Position numbers and translations under genes: made by a program. Shown here piece after piece: positions 1 through 19,817 of a stretch of 64,000 nt of DNA; the first letter of the stretch is position 1; each line of letters opens with the position of its first letter. The notes below the pieces were generated by a model. That model was not told where the DNA came from, searched no databases, and saw only the letters and a list, made by a program, of their open reading frames with translations. The stretch comes from the human T2T-CHM13v2.0 reference genome, Homo sapiens: assembly GCF_009914755.1 (NCBI RefSeq), contig NC_060946.1. One strand, 5' to 3'.

Positions 1-345
1 AAATCTTCAAGGGAGTAACCTGAGCTTGTGAAAAATGATCCCGAATGTCAATAGGACAAAGCTTCCCTTCCAAGATATAATTAGGGGAGCTTGGAGCAGG
101 CCTTTCATATTTGAGTTGACAAGCATCTTTTTTCCTTTGTTCAGTCTGTTCTGGAGGGCTTTAGGAGGGCTTCGCCATTTCTTTGTTAAGAGGAATGGTT
201 GAAACAAAATTTGTATAAGAGGAATCATTTAAAATTGAATCCATCCAATAGGAATGTTTATTTTACCCAACGTTTTTCTGTGTGAGAATAATACCTGTTT
301 TTTCTAGGTAATATATGTCTTTTATTTAATCACATGCATATTTAA

Positions 346-1027
<682 letters not shown>

Positions 1028-1079
1028 CTAAGAAGGCTGATGTAATTGTTAGGCTCCACTGAGAGACGCCTGGTGTCTA

Positions 1080-1769
<690 letters not shown>

Positions 1770-2289
1770 CTAAAGAATGCAGGAAGTTGGGCACACTTAG
1801 CTCGGAATGAATATTTACAGGGAACATTAAAGCTGTTTGTAGGCATCGTACGAAAAAAGTTATTCTGATTGTTTCAGAAGGCTGAGCAAGAACAAACGGG
1901 GCAAACCTGTATTTTGACTAAGGAACAAGGAGACCTTTCTAGAAGAACCGCTCAGCTCCCAGTCCCCAAAGTGTGTATGTTTAGACCGGGCGAGGATCCT
2001 GAATCAAGGTCCGGGCCTCTTTCCTCGGAAGAACAGACCGACCGATGGTCTTCTGGGCACCCAGAGGAGCAGTCAAGCGCGGTGCTTGCTGAGAGCTTGG
2101 CCTCCGTGGGTGCCATTTAATCTGCGGTTGGGAGAGGTATTCAGAGCTTTGCAGATGGGCCTCTGCCGTTCCTCAGGGCCCACTCCAGTGCCCAGGGAGG
2201 GTGGGCAGAGCAGCGGAGGCAGGGGGCTTGCGGTGGGGCTGGGGCCGGCAGAGGAACAAACGGACTCACAGGACGTGCGGCAGGCAGGA

Positions 2290-2760
2290 GAGCCCTCTCC
2301 CGACCTGACCGTCACGGAAGCCTCTCAGCCGGTGTCTGAGCTGGGACTGGGACCCAGAGTCCTCAGTCAGGCTCTTCCCTCCGAGGTGGGGAGGCGAGCC
2401 CGGGGATCCGCACCTGCCCAGGTGGACTCCGCTGCTGCGTGGCGCCTGCCCTGGGACCCACGTGCGGCTAGGCGGCACCTCCCCGGGCGCCCAGCAGGTG
2501 GCGGTGCGCGGCCTCGAATGGCGGCTGGCAGGGCCGGGACGCGGCGGCTCCTCGCCGGGCGCGTTTCCTCCTCCAGCACTGTCTCACCCTGCTCCATGCT
2601 AACCTGCTGAACGGCCCCTGGCCTCTTTCCGCCCCGCCCCCGCCTCCGCAATGCGCCCCCCTTCCCTTCTGCGGTCCCCTGCCTGTCGCCCTCTCACGCT
2701 CCAGGTTGTGAGCGAGTATCTCCCCACTTTAACACCCTACACCACACCGCGCCCGGCCAC
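2290..2760. promoter_or_regulatory. Small CpG island with a GC-box cluster and no obvious gene
   Basis: Dense CpGs outside Alu. CCGCCCCGCCCCCGCC at about 2629-2644. CCAAT at about 2810. Confidence 0.7.
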
Positions 2761-3461
2761 AAGACAGCTTTACAACATACACAACCCTGACGAGGAAACG
2801 TGTTCAAAACCAATCACTGCGCTCATCATAAAGGTAAAGAAAGCAAGGAGGTGTGTGTCCACGCACAGGGTAAATGTGGGCTGGGTGTGGGGTTCTAACT
2901 TGGAGAGGGCCTGAGGGCAGTGGCAACTCGCATTGCATTGGAGGGAGGCCTTGGCAGGGCCCACGGGGAGAGGCTAGAGAGCCTCCCAGGTGCGGGGCAA
3001 GGCATGGGCTATGCTTGGGGGCAGAAACAGACATCTGGGGAGCAATGAGAGGCTTTTGGCTGCAGAGGGGCAGCCGGGAGACCTGCCCCAACCCTCTTCA
3101 AGCCCTTGGTCTTGTTTCCTGACATCCCAGGTCGTGTACAAATGTCTCCTCTCCTAGAAGCCGAGGTTGAAAAATGGTCAAACCATTAATTACTCAACAG
3201 TTTGTTTGGGCAGTAGTGTCTGCAGCAGTGGGGTTTTTATACAGCACAAAAATAACAAAACAAAGTTGGAAAGCGAGGGCCATTCTGGATGAACGTCCAC
3301 CCTTGGCTCATGGTCCAGGCCATCGAGATGTGTGACCATCCTGAGAGAGCAGATGACAGAGGTGCTTGTGCCTTTGGTTGGTGGGGAGTGGGTGGAATGT
3401 GGCCATTTTTTGGTAGTGGGGTGAACTTGTGAACAGTGTGATCATAATAATGGCTAACAGG

Positions 3462-3990
<529 letters not shown>

Positions 3991-4290
3991 CAATGTCAAC
4001 AAGCCTCCACCATGAAGGTCCTGAATGATATGAATAAAATAGCATTCGCGGCAGAGTGATCTCCTTGGATCTCCTGAGTGGCCCATTTGGCAGTGGGTAT
4101 GGCTGGGACAACTATTTGCTAGCTTACTAGAATGTCATCATTCGTGAAGTATCTTCATATACATAATCATATTTGATTCTCCCAGCAGCTCTGTGTGCTG
4201 GGCAAAGCAGATATTAGAAACCCCATTTTATAGATGAGGAAAGTGAGTCTTGGAGGCTGTTGAGTGGCTGGCCTGGAAGCTGGCAGTTTC

Positions 4291-4466
4291 CTGGCAGCTT
4301 TGGAAGCTGCCGTCAGGGAGTGGGATTTCAGAGTGCAGTTGGAACCTTCGAGAGATGACAAAGGCCCAGGGTATGGGTGGCCACGGTGGAACGGAGGTAA
4401 AGGTCACCATCCAGGAGGTATGGAAAGGGCTGTGCAGTGCTGGCAGTCCCCCGGACGCCTTGTGCA
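4291..4466 (-). repeat. Inverted copy of L2-derived segment 5161-5333
   Basis: About 80% identity by eye; exact 19-mer GAGTGCAGTTGGAACCTTC. Confidence 0.85.
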
Positions 4467-5159
4467 CCTGAGCTGGGGCTGGACTGGGAACCAGCAGAAT
4501 CAGGCACCTGCTGCGGGTCAAGCCTGTCGGTAGCTTATTTCAACCACTCTTCACGATTTATCTCGGTTTATCTCCCTCTCCTCAGCCATGCTTTCCAACT
4601 TTGTTTTCTGTTATTTTCCTCTGCTTACTGAGGCTGAGTGCTGTGACTTGTGCGAAAGCGTGACTGGCAGAACCCACAACTGTCTGCCTACGATGTTGTT
4701 ATTTCTGTCCTCTCCAAGGGCCTCTTCTCGGCTTATGTCCTCTGCACACTTGCGCACCGTGGAATCCAGCCCGCTTCTCAAGCCTCACTGTTTAGATTTG
4801 GGACGCCAGTTCCTGGGCATGGTTTTAGCTCTGAAATTGGAAAGAAGGACACTTAGCTTAGAAATGTTATGGACAAAATAATTCATGAGGATTTGTAATA
4901 GACTGGGGGTGGGGAGGAGCCAAACCAGCGAAGAAGAGGAGGAAATGAGTGACATAAAAATTGGGGGCTTGGGAAGACAATGATAGGGTGGTTAAAAAAG
5001 GGAAGGATTTGGTATAAAGAAAATAAGTCCTGTTCAGCAATGTTTGGTGGTGGTGAGACGCTGCTCACAGGGTAGACAGAAGCAGGAAGTGAGGGTGAGA
5101 ACTAAGGGCCACAGAAGCACACCTGTGAGTCATCGGGGGACGCATGGAACCCAGGAACC

Positions 5160-5580
5160 ATGCACGCAAAGCCTCGGGGGGCTGCCAGTGCTGGGCTGCC
5201 CTTCCCACACCTGCTGGGCAGTGACCTTCACCTCCGCTCACTGTGGCCACCCACGCCCTGGGCCCTGTCATCACTTGAAGGTTCCAACTGCACTCCGAGA
5301 TCCCGCTCCCTGACCACTTCCGACGCCGCCAGGCCTCTCACGCCTCCGTCCCACCACACCCCCTGACCTCGTCCTGATCTCAGCTCCCTGCACTTTCCTG
5401 TGGACACCAGCCACCCCGGGTCCCCATCTCTGGGCCTCCGGACCACAGGGGACATCATCCCAGCCACACTCTTGCCAGCGCCCTCACATGCCTGGCCCTT
5501 TTGTCCTTCCGCCCTGCTCATCCGCAGCACTCAAGCCAGGGATTTACACAGCACCTGTCTCCGCCATCCCATGCTAGCCT
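5160..5580 (+). mobile_element. L2 LINE fragment (end of the endonuclease region)
   Basis: Translates to HALGPVIT...EIPLPDH, resembling the L2 HTLDLVIT...IPLSDH motif. Confidence 0.6.
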
Positions 5581-5811
5581 CCACACTCTGGTGGGAGAGA
5601 GCCCACACCAAGGATGTTTGGTGCCTGCAAAGCCATGGTACTCAGAGGCAGCTGCTCACCCCATGCTCTCAGCCTCCTCCTCTTCCCAGCATGTATTCCA
5701 AATGGGTGACATCTTTTCTGGCAGATGGCTCTGCCTTCTAGTTCACAAAGGAACAGGGCAGGGCGCAGGCATGGACGCCCAGAGCGCTGTGCTCCCCTAC
5801 CTAGAAATGCA

Positions 5812-5846
5812 TTTTCTTTCTTTTCTTTTCTTTCTTTCTTTTCTTT

Positions 5847-5913
<67 letters not shown>

Positions 5914-5999
5914 CTTTCTTTCTTTTTCTTTCTTTCTCTCTCTCTTTCTTTCTTTCTTTCTTCCTTCTTTCCTTCCTTCCTTCTTTCTTTTTTTTTTTT
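5812..5999. repeat. Compound (TTTC)n/(TTCC)n microsatellite in an Alu tail
   Basis: 17 perfect TTTC units at 5845-5912 within a pure pyrimidine tract. Confidence 0.97.
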
Positions 6000-6270
6000 G
6001 AGCTCTGTTGCTCAGGCTGGGGTGCAGTGCCACAATCTTGGCTCACTGCAACCTCTGCTTCCCAGGTTCAAGCGATTCTCCTGCCTCAGCCTCCTGAGTA
6101 GCTGGGACTACAGGCACGTGCTACCAGGCCTGGCTAATTTTTGTGTTTTTAGTAGAGACAGGGTTTCACCATGTTGGCCAGGCTGGTCTTGAACTCCTGG
6201 CCTTGTGATCCGCCTGCCTCAGCCTCCCAAAGTGCTGGAATTACAGGTGTGAGCCACCACACTCGGCCTG
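5990..6270 (-). mobile_element. AluS-type SINE
   Basis: TSD gaaatgcattttct at 5804 and 6271 brackets the Alu plus the microsatellite. Confidence 0.9.
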
Positions 6271-6913
6271 GAAATGCATTTTCTATGTGTGACCACTGTG
6301 CCAAGTGCTTTGTGGCTGTGTTATCTCATTCATCCTTGTGCCAACACCCCTTTATTCTCATTTTGCAGGTGAGGAACTTGGGGCTCAGTGAGATGGAGTG
6401 ACTTTGACCTGCCTGATGTTCCACAGCCAGCAGGTAGGAAAACGAGGGGTTTCACATGTGTGCCCTGAGTCCACACAGCCAGGTACCAGGCTTGGTGCCA
6501 AGAATAGAACCACAAGCTGGACAGACAACGTTCGTACCCTCATGAAGCATATGTTTTAGGACAGACAGGCAACAAACAAGGAAATAAGTGACTCCACTGA
6601 ATAATTACAGACTGTGTAGGTGTCAGCAAAGGGAGACACAGAGTTCAATGACCCAGAACGCAGAGCACTCTGGCTTAGGTGGGAGGTCAGCGGAGACCCC
6701 AGCAGGAGAGTCACGTCCTCTCTCGCTAGCCACCTGTCCCTTGCTATCCACCTCCACCTGTTCAAGGGCTGCCCACTCATCTGTGCTCGGGATGCCAGCA
6801 TTAGCAAAGCATCTCAGCTTCATTGTGGGCAAGTAGCCTTGGTATAGATGATGAGCTCAGGGGACTGAGGCCTAGAAGTAGAGAGGTTGTAGGGGTATTT
6901 GTGGGGTCAGTCA

Positions 6914-7345
<432 letters not shown>

Positions 7346-8016
7346 TCAATTCCTGTCAACAAATAGTCGGTGAGCATCTTGTCCCAGCTGGGACTCCCTA
7401 GGACGTGGAGGATAGAGAATTTGGGTGTAGGAAGTTTACTGGGAAGTTCTCTCGGTATCACAGTGGAGAGTAAAGGAAGCGGGATTGGGCAGGGGGAGAA
7501 GCTGAATGTTTGATGGTGACAGTGGGTGGATCAGTCTTAATGAGTGGCTGTCCATGCCAGCAGGCTCATGCACGGCTTCAATCCTTGCCACTGTAGCCAA
7601 TCGATTCATGAGAACATTGTATCTGCTCCCTGGGGGCCAAGGACAAAGGCTGGTGGCTAACGCCATTGTTGGTTGTTGAATGCCTCTTCTGTGTTGGACA
7701 CTCCCCGGCGCGCATGAACCTGTGACGTAAAGATATTTTTTTCTTGTTGCCCATTCTCTTTGTTCATTCACACCTTCTTTCTCCTCAAGATCTGATTCCC
7801 AATCTTCAGGCTTCCGACCACGCTATCTGCCACTGTTCATGAATCTCTATATACTCCAACCTTGGGCCACCTCTCTTTCCTTGTGAGATAGATGACCAGC
7901 TCAACCCTTAAAACTCTGTCCCTTAAGATTTCAACTTATTGCTGCTTTCAAAGCCATCCCTGGATGGGGCTGCAATCCAGCCACATTCCACTTTTGGCTT
8001 GTGCCTGCAGACCGAG

Positions 8017-8859
<843 letters not shown>

Positions 8860-9228
8860 CCAAGCAATTCCATCTGTGAACCAAGCCTGCCCTTTTTCCT
8901 TCTTCCTGTGATCCTAAGGCACTCCCACCTGGTGGCCACAGGTGAGCTTAGGGACACGTACCAGTGCAACGGAGGTAGATGACGTGATTTTGGGCCACTG
9001 GCTTGTGTGACTTGCTTCTGCCCTCTGGCCTTGCCAGTTCTCAGTCCCGGATGTGCCACTTCCGTGCTCTGGTGAACTGCTGCAGCACCTGGAAAGTTGT
9101 GATAGAATCCAGCTTGTCATGCGCAGTACTGGCCACGTGGACCCTTGACATCATGGTCAGGGTCTCCATATCTACCAGGGCTTGGTTAGCATGACAGGAG
9201 CTTGTTTTCTTTAAAAGTTTGCTGACTG

Positions 9229-9520
<292 letters not shown>

Positions 9521-10278
9521 GAAGTTTGCTGACTGTTGGTAAACGTACTCAGTGGCACGATCAAGGAGTTCTGGAGCACTTCCGTCACCCCTAGTATTTC
9601 CATTTGTGGTCTATTTGCAGTGTGTCCTGTGGTCATTTGCCAAATATCCCTGTTCCTACTCCCAGCTCTAGGCAAATACAAATCTACTGCTTGCCCGTAT
9701 CGTTTTTGGTCTTTTCTAGGGATTTCATATAAATGTAATCATATGCTATGTAGTCTTTTTTGTCTGCTGTCTTTCCTTTATCGTAATGCTTTCTAGGTAT
9801 ATCCATGTCACAAGCATCTCTCCACTCTGACAATCAGAACTCCAATGTCTCCTAGCCCTGTGTGAGCCCCGGGAATTGTGAAGGTTACAGTTCCCTGACA
9901 GTTGTTCTTTGTCTTGTTCTGTGGACTCTCCCCCAGCGCACGCACAGTTTAATATTTAGTCCGAGACCCAAGCAGATGCCTATCTGATTTCTGGAGTTCA
10001 TTCTCTGCAAAGCTTCCACCTCCGGAAATTCCAGCCACTTCGATTTGCAATCTGTGATCTCTGCCTCCCTAATTCATTGAGATTGTCTTGCTATCCTGGG
10101 CCCCTGCTTTCTGTGCTGTGATGTGGAATGTGAGTCCAGGCAGAAAGGCTGGGCGATCATAAAGATCACCTCGTTTATTTCTTTCTCTCAGGGATCCCAG
10201 TCCTATTCTTCCTGTTAATCAACGTCTGAGAAAGGGTTCTGTTTCCCGTATATTTTGCTCAGTTTTTTAGTTGTTTGA

Positions 10279-12461
<2,183 letters not shown>

Positions 12462-12553
12462 CTAATCCTCGGTGACACTCATAAACTTTATTTTTTCTAA
12501 TTGGTGTGTATTGATAGCTTATTGATTTCCTATTTGAATTAACTTTGCATTTC

Positions 12554-14430
12554 GGTCAAACCCATATTTCTGGTAAGACTATCAAAATGTCAGGTATATT
12601 CCACTACCTGACGGGCCATTTAAATAAATATGGACAGATTTCATTCAAATGTCATCCTCAGTGCCTGTTTTCTGGTTGTAGAAAAGCTTTCCCATGCAAG
12701 AGGGCTGATGATATGACGGTGGCTCATTATGCTGCAGTGTATTTTCTCCAGGTAAAGAAAGCTTTTCGTGGTTCACTGACTGAGGAAAATCAACCCCTCC
12801 ACAATCTAGAACCTGAAGACTGGATCTTCTGGGAACATCAGAAATAGACTGCCTTTGCCATCCACACTACAGCAAAACTCTGGGACCTTGAACTTTGGGT
12901 TCATAATCTCACAACCCAAAAGGTTCCCTCCACACTCCTGGAACTGTACACCCTTTGGAAACTTTAAGGTAACACTAACCAGGGAAGTGTCTCCCCAGAA
13001 GATGACATTCTTGATGTGAACAGCTTTTCCCCAAGATCATGAATCAAGATTCCTCTACTATCAGGAGACTCTCAATCTTTCAAATTTTTCCCCCTTGCTT
13101 ATGCCTCCATGAGCAATAGAGGTGAAGTCGGGGTCAGTTGTGTGTACTCATGGGGTATACTTTTATTTGTGAAGGATTTTGCAGCCAGCCTTGTACATGG
13201 ATAACCTTATGGTTTGACAGATGGAAGATGAAGGCCCAATGTAGGTGAGAAATTTGAATGGTATATTATGTTCCCTTATAATCAGTCAGAAGGACAACAT
13301 GGATCTACTCCTGTTTACCCACCTCATGGGTTAAAGAAAACATTGCCAGGAGGTCTTCACTCTTCTAGAAGGGCATCATTTGTTAGGTCCTTTTTGCATG
13401 GTTTGGAGTAAATGAGGCAATGATTAGAAATGTATCCCTCATGAGAGGCCCCACAGCAGATTCTACCATAAAGCCTGTGGTTACGCAACGGACTTTAAAT
13501 TCTTTTGGGAAAGTTATGCTAAATAATAGAATTTCTCTAGATTTCTTACTGGCTAAACAGAAGTATCTATAGAGCTCCTGGCACTTGTTGCCCATGGAAA
13601 AATACATAACATCTGGTGTTATAGAGATTCAGTTGTAGGGGATTAACAAAGAGAGTGCTCAGTTAAAGTGAGTAGACTCTTTAGCTCATTCTTTGATCCT
13701 TTGATCTATTTGGTTTTAGCTTGTTTGGTTTATGGGGACCTTGGCTAAGGAGCATACTCCAAACTCTTGGTATTATCTTTCTGATATTCATAATCATCGT
13801 TTCCCTGGTGTGCTGTCTTCTCTTAAAAGTTTTAAATGTCTGCATGCAGCCATCTCTAGAATGTCAAATGGTCTCTCTTCAGGTGGAATGACAAGAGCTG
13901 AAAGAAATGTGTGGCCATGAGGGCACCATAACCTATGAATGACGTGCTGAGACCAGAAGCCCAAAATGATGGTAAATGAGAGTGGCAGTAAGGCCCTACG
14001 TTTTGGTCACACTCTCACCTAAGTGAGAACGTGACCAAAAGGGGAGAATTTTAAAAGAAAATTATGGGAGGCCATTGTTTTGGACTGAGCTCCTGCACTA
14101 AGCCCCAATAGACCAGAACAAACCAAAATGGAGTTACTCATGCTAAATGTGATATAATCAAACTAAGACTTTCATGAAACACATAGATCCTAGAAAAGAC
14201 CTGATTTTATCTTTTTCCTGTGAACAGGACATTCCAGGATGTACCCTCTACTCTAACCTTTACAAAAAAGTAACCTGAAGTCCTTGTTCCCAACTTACAA
14301 AACCCACTGTTTTGCTGTTTCCCAGTGGGTTCCAAGACTAACTAAGTACGTTTATGATGGTGATAGTAACAGCAATGACAAAGTTTTGGTCAATCTCTCA
14401 AAATTGAGAGGATGATCAAAAGAGGGGAAT
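12554..14430 (+). mobile_element. ERV1 (MER57-type) internal remnant: integrase C-terminus and env TM
   Basis: LEPEDWIFW (IN C-terminus-like); KVMLNNRISLDFLLAKQ at 13510-13560 (ISD); hydrophobic ILQTLGIIFLIFIIIVSLVCC; PPT before the LTR. Confidence 0.8.
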
Positions 14431-14807
14431 TGTTAAGTTTAATCTAAAGCTACCTCCTTACATATTTTAAGTTCGGCCTAAGGGTTTCTCTGTACATCGT
14501 CAACTAAAACCTAAGTAGAGTTGTGTGCCTAGTAATGTGCCAATCACTGAGTTTTAACCAATCAAAGGCAGCCAACTGTTCAAACCATGTCCAAATAAGG
14601 CAAACGCTGAGCTGTAACCAGTCCAGCTGTTTCTGTCCCTCACTTCCATTTTCTGTCACTTTTCTTTGTCTGTCCATAAATCTTCTTCCACCATGTGGCT
14701 ATGCTGGTGCCTTTGAGCCTACTGTGGCTCAGGAGGCTCTTCAATTCACGAATCATTCTTTGCTCAATTCAATTCAATTTAATTCAGCTAAAGTTTTGCT
14801 TTTAACA
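14431..14807 (+). mobile_element. MER57-type 3' LTR
   Basis: TGTTAAG...TTTAACA termini; ctaaagctacctccttacatattttaagttcggcctaa matches the MER57 start; preceded by PPT aaaagagggga. Confidence 0.85.
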
Positions 14808-15770
14808 CTTTGTTAGTGTGTGTTTATTTCTGGGCTCTGTATTCTGTTCTCTCGATCTACATGACAATTTCACACTATCTTGATAACTGTAGTTTTATAG
14901 TATCTTGAAATCAAATAGTTTAAGGCCTTCACCTTTGTTCTTTTTCAAAATTGTTTTGGATATTCTGGGTCCTTTGCCTTTTTGTATAAATTTAAGATCA
15001 GATTTTCAAAATCTTTTCACAAAGCATGTTAAAATTTTAATTGGAATTATACCAAATGGATAGGTCAACTTGAAGAGGACTTACATCTTAACAATATTGA
15101 GTATTCCAACTCACAAACATGATGTATCTTTCCATTGAAATAGGTCTTTTTCAACTTCATTTTGTAATGGTTTGTGTTTCTCACTGCACAGGTCTTGTAT
15201 ATCTTTCATGAAATATAGTGCTGGATATTTTTCATATATTAACCTGTATCTTGCAAACTTGCTACATTCACTTATTAGTTTTAATAGTGTTTTTATAAAT
15301 TCATTAGGACTGCCTATATACACTTTTTTCCCCCCAATTTGTTTGTCTATTATTTCTTTTTCCAGCCTTGGCTAGGACCTTCAGTAAAATACCGAAGATA
15401 GTGATGGCAGACATCTTTGCCTTGTTCTTGATCTTATTTGAAAGCTGAGTCCTTCACCATTGAGTATGATATGAGGTGTAAATTTTGGTTTGTTTTTGTT
15501 TTGTAGAAGCTCTCAATCGGGTTGTGAAAGTTCCCTTCTATTTCTAATTTTCTGGAAGTTTTTATTGAGAGGGTATTGAATTTTATCAAATGCTTTTCCC
15601 CATATCTATTGAAACGATCATACACTTTTCTTTTTTATTCTATTAATATGGTGAATCATATTGATTCACCAACTTTTAAATCATTTTAGAAGTTAAACTA
15701 ATCTTGAATTCCCCAAATACACCCCACCTGGTCTGGATGCCTTATTCTTTCTATAGATGGTTTGATTTAA

Positions 15771-16131
<361 letters not shown>

Positions 16132-16143
16132 TGTCTGCAGGGA

Positions 16144-16191
16144 TTGTGTGTGTCTATGTGTGTGTGTGTGTATATATGTGTGTGTGTGTGT
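16144..16191. repeat. Interrupted (TG)n/(TA)n microsatellite
   Basis: Read directly from the sequence. Confidence 0.9.
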
Positions 16192-16509
16192 AAAGCTTTT
16201 GACTGTTTTTAGAATCAGAGTAATAATAGCCTTGTATAAAATAAGTTAGGAAGTGTTCCCTCTCTCTTTTCTGAAAGAGTTTGTGTAGAATTGGTGTTGT
16301 TTTTTCCTTAAATGAGGGATAGTATTTATCATTGAAGCCATGTCAACTTGGGGTTGCTTTATGGGAAGGTTTTTATTTATAAGTTCAATTTATTTAATTG
16401 ATTATCAGACTGTTTAAGTTTTGTATTTTTTCTTGAATGAGTTGGTAATTTGTGTCTTTTAGGGAATTTGACCATTTCACATAGGTTTTGTGAAACTTTA
16501 TTATTATAA

Positions 16510-17837
<1,328 letters not shown>

Positions 17838-19398
17838 TTTGTTTTCTGTTTGTCTTCTCTGTATTCCCCCTTTCAGTTCCTCCTTTTCTTTTTTATTTTC
17901 TCACTTGAATGCTTTTCAGAATTACATTTTGATTTTCCCATTAGCCTCTTAGCTACAATTCCTTACATTTTTTAATGGCTACCCTAAGGAATGTAATATA
18001 CAATGAACTTACAGGTCAGTATCCCCCTCTGTTCTTTGTTATTGTTGTTACATGTAATACATCTACATACATTATACACCTCACATGAATATGCTTAATT
18101 TTTGCTATGAACCATTATATGGTTTATAAAACAATTGAGAGGAAAAATGCAAATGGGAAAAATTATTTGTATTTACCCAGCTATTTACCATGTCTAATAC
18201 TTGTCAGCTTTTCTGAGGATTTGAGTTTCCATCTGATATAATTTCCCTCAGCATGAAGAAGTTCCTTTAGCATTTCTCGTGGTACAGTTCTGTTGGTGAG
18301 ACCATCTCTTAGTTTTATTTTATCTGAACATGTCTTTAATATTGTTTTTATTCTAGAATAATATTTTTTCTGGATGTAGAATTCCTGATTGATAGTTTTT
18401 TTTTTTCCTTCAGGAGGTTACAAATGTTCCACTATCTTCTGGACTCCATGGTTTCTGATAAGAAGCAGTCATGAATCAATAATTGTTTTTCTGTATATGT
18501 CATTTTTATGTTGATGCTATCAAGATGTTTGTTTGCTCTCTTTCTTTGACTTTCACTGGTGTGATGTGTCTTAGCATAGGCTTCTTTATGTTGATTTTGT
18601 TTGATGTTAGTTTAGCATCTTAAATTTGCAAGATTCCACCTTTCACCAAATTTGGAAAATTTTGGCTATTATTTCTTCACATACTTTTTTTTGGGGGGTC
18701 CTGTTTTCTCTTTCCTGTCCTTCTAGCCTTGCAATTACACTAATATTTGAAAATCTGATATCCTCTAACAGGTCCCTGATATTCTTTCTCTTTGTTGTTT
18801 AAAAAATATATATTTTTTCAGCCAGGTGCTCATAATTGAACTCCTGGCCTCAAGTGATCTGCCCGCCTTGGCCTCCCAAAGTGTTGGGATTACAGGCGTG
18901 AGCCATCATGTCCAGCCCTTTTTAATCATTTCTATTTCTCTGCTGAGATTGATCATTTTCTCTCTTGAGGTTTTTATTCACTGAAGTCATGTTTTGTTTT
19001 ACCTCATTTAATTTAGTTATAATCATTGCTTTAAAATCTGTCAGTTCTCACATCTAGTTCATCTCATGGACAGATTTGATTTTCTTTTCTCTTGAGAATG
19101 TTCTCTAATTTCATATTTGTATTTCAGGTAACTTTTGGATTGTATTTTGATACTATTAATAGTAAGCTGTGGGGATTCTGGATTCTGTTATTTTCCTCTG
19201 TGGAGTGTTGTTTCCTTTGTTTTCATAGACAATTTTCTTATGTGGGCTTGGGCTGAAAACTCTATTTCTTCAGGGGCAGTTCCAGTTTTGCGTCAGATCT
19301 TTTGTATTTAGTTGAGCTGCTTTGGGTCTACACCACATGATAAGGTTTATTAAGTGGGCAGTCAGCTATACGGATATAATTAATTTGGGGATCCCCTC

Positions 19399-19817
19399 TA
19401 TCTTGGTCCATTTCCTGCTGCTTATAACAGAATATCTGAAACTGGGTAACTTATAAAGAAAAGAAATTTATTTCTTACAGTTATGGAGGCTGAAAAGTCC
19501 AAAATTGAGGGGCTGCATTTGGCGAGAGGCTTCTTGCTGAAGGGGACTCTCTCCAGAGTCCCAAGGCAGTGCAGGGCATCACATAGTGAGGGGGCTGAGG
19601 GTACTAGCTCAGGTCTCTCTTCCTCTTCTTATAGAGCCACCAGACCCACTCCCAAGATAACCAATTAATCCATTATTCTATGAATAGATTAATCCATTCA
19701 TGAGGACAGCTCTCATGAACCAGTCACTCCTTAAAGGCCCTACCTGTCAATACTGCCACATTGGGGATTAAAATCTCAACATGAGTTTTGGACAGGAGAA
19801 ACATTCAAAGCATAGCA
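19399..19817 (-). mobile_element. MST (MSTC-like) MaLR LTR
   Basis: Perfect 5-bp TSD ccctc; tttatttcttacagttatggaggctg motif. Confidence 0.85.

Noticed and set aside
2086-2651. 174-aa ORF over the orphan CpG island
   Set aside because: Non-ATG start, low complexity, no recognisable domain; partly MIR-like.
5501-6192. KKER-rich and FFLS-rich ORFs
   Set aside because: Translation of the TTTC microsatellite.
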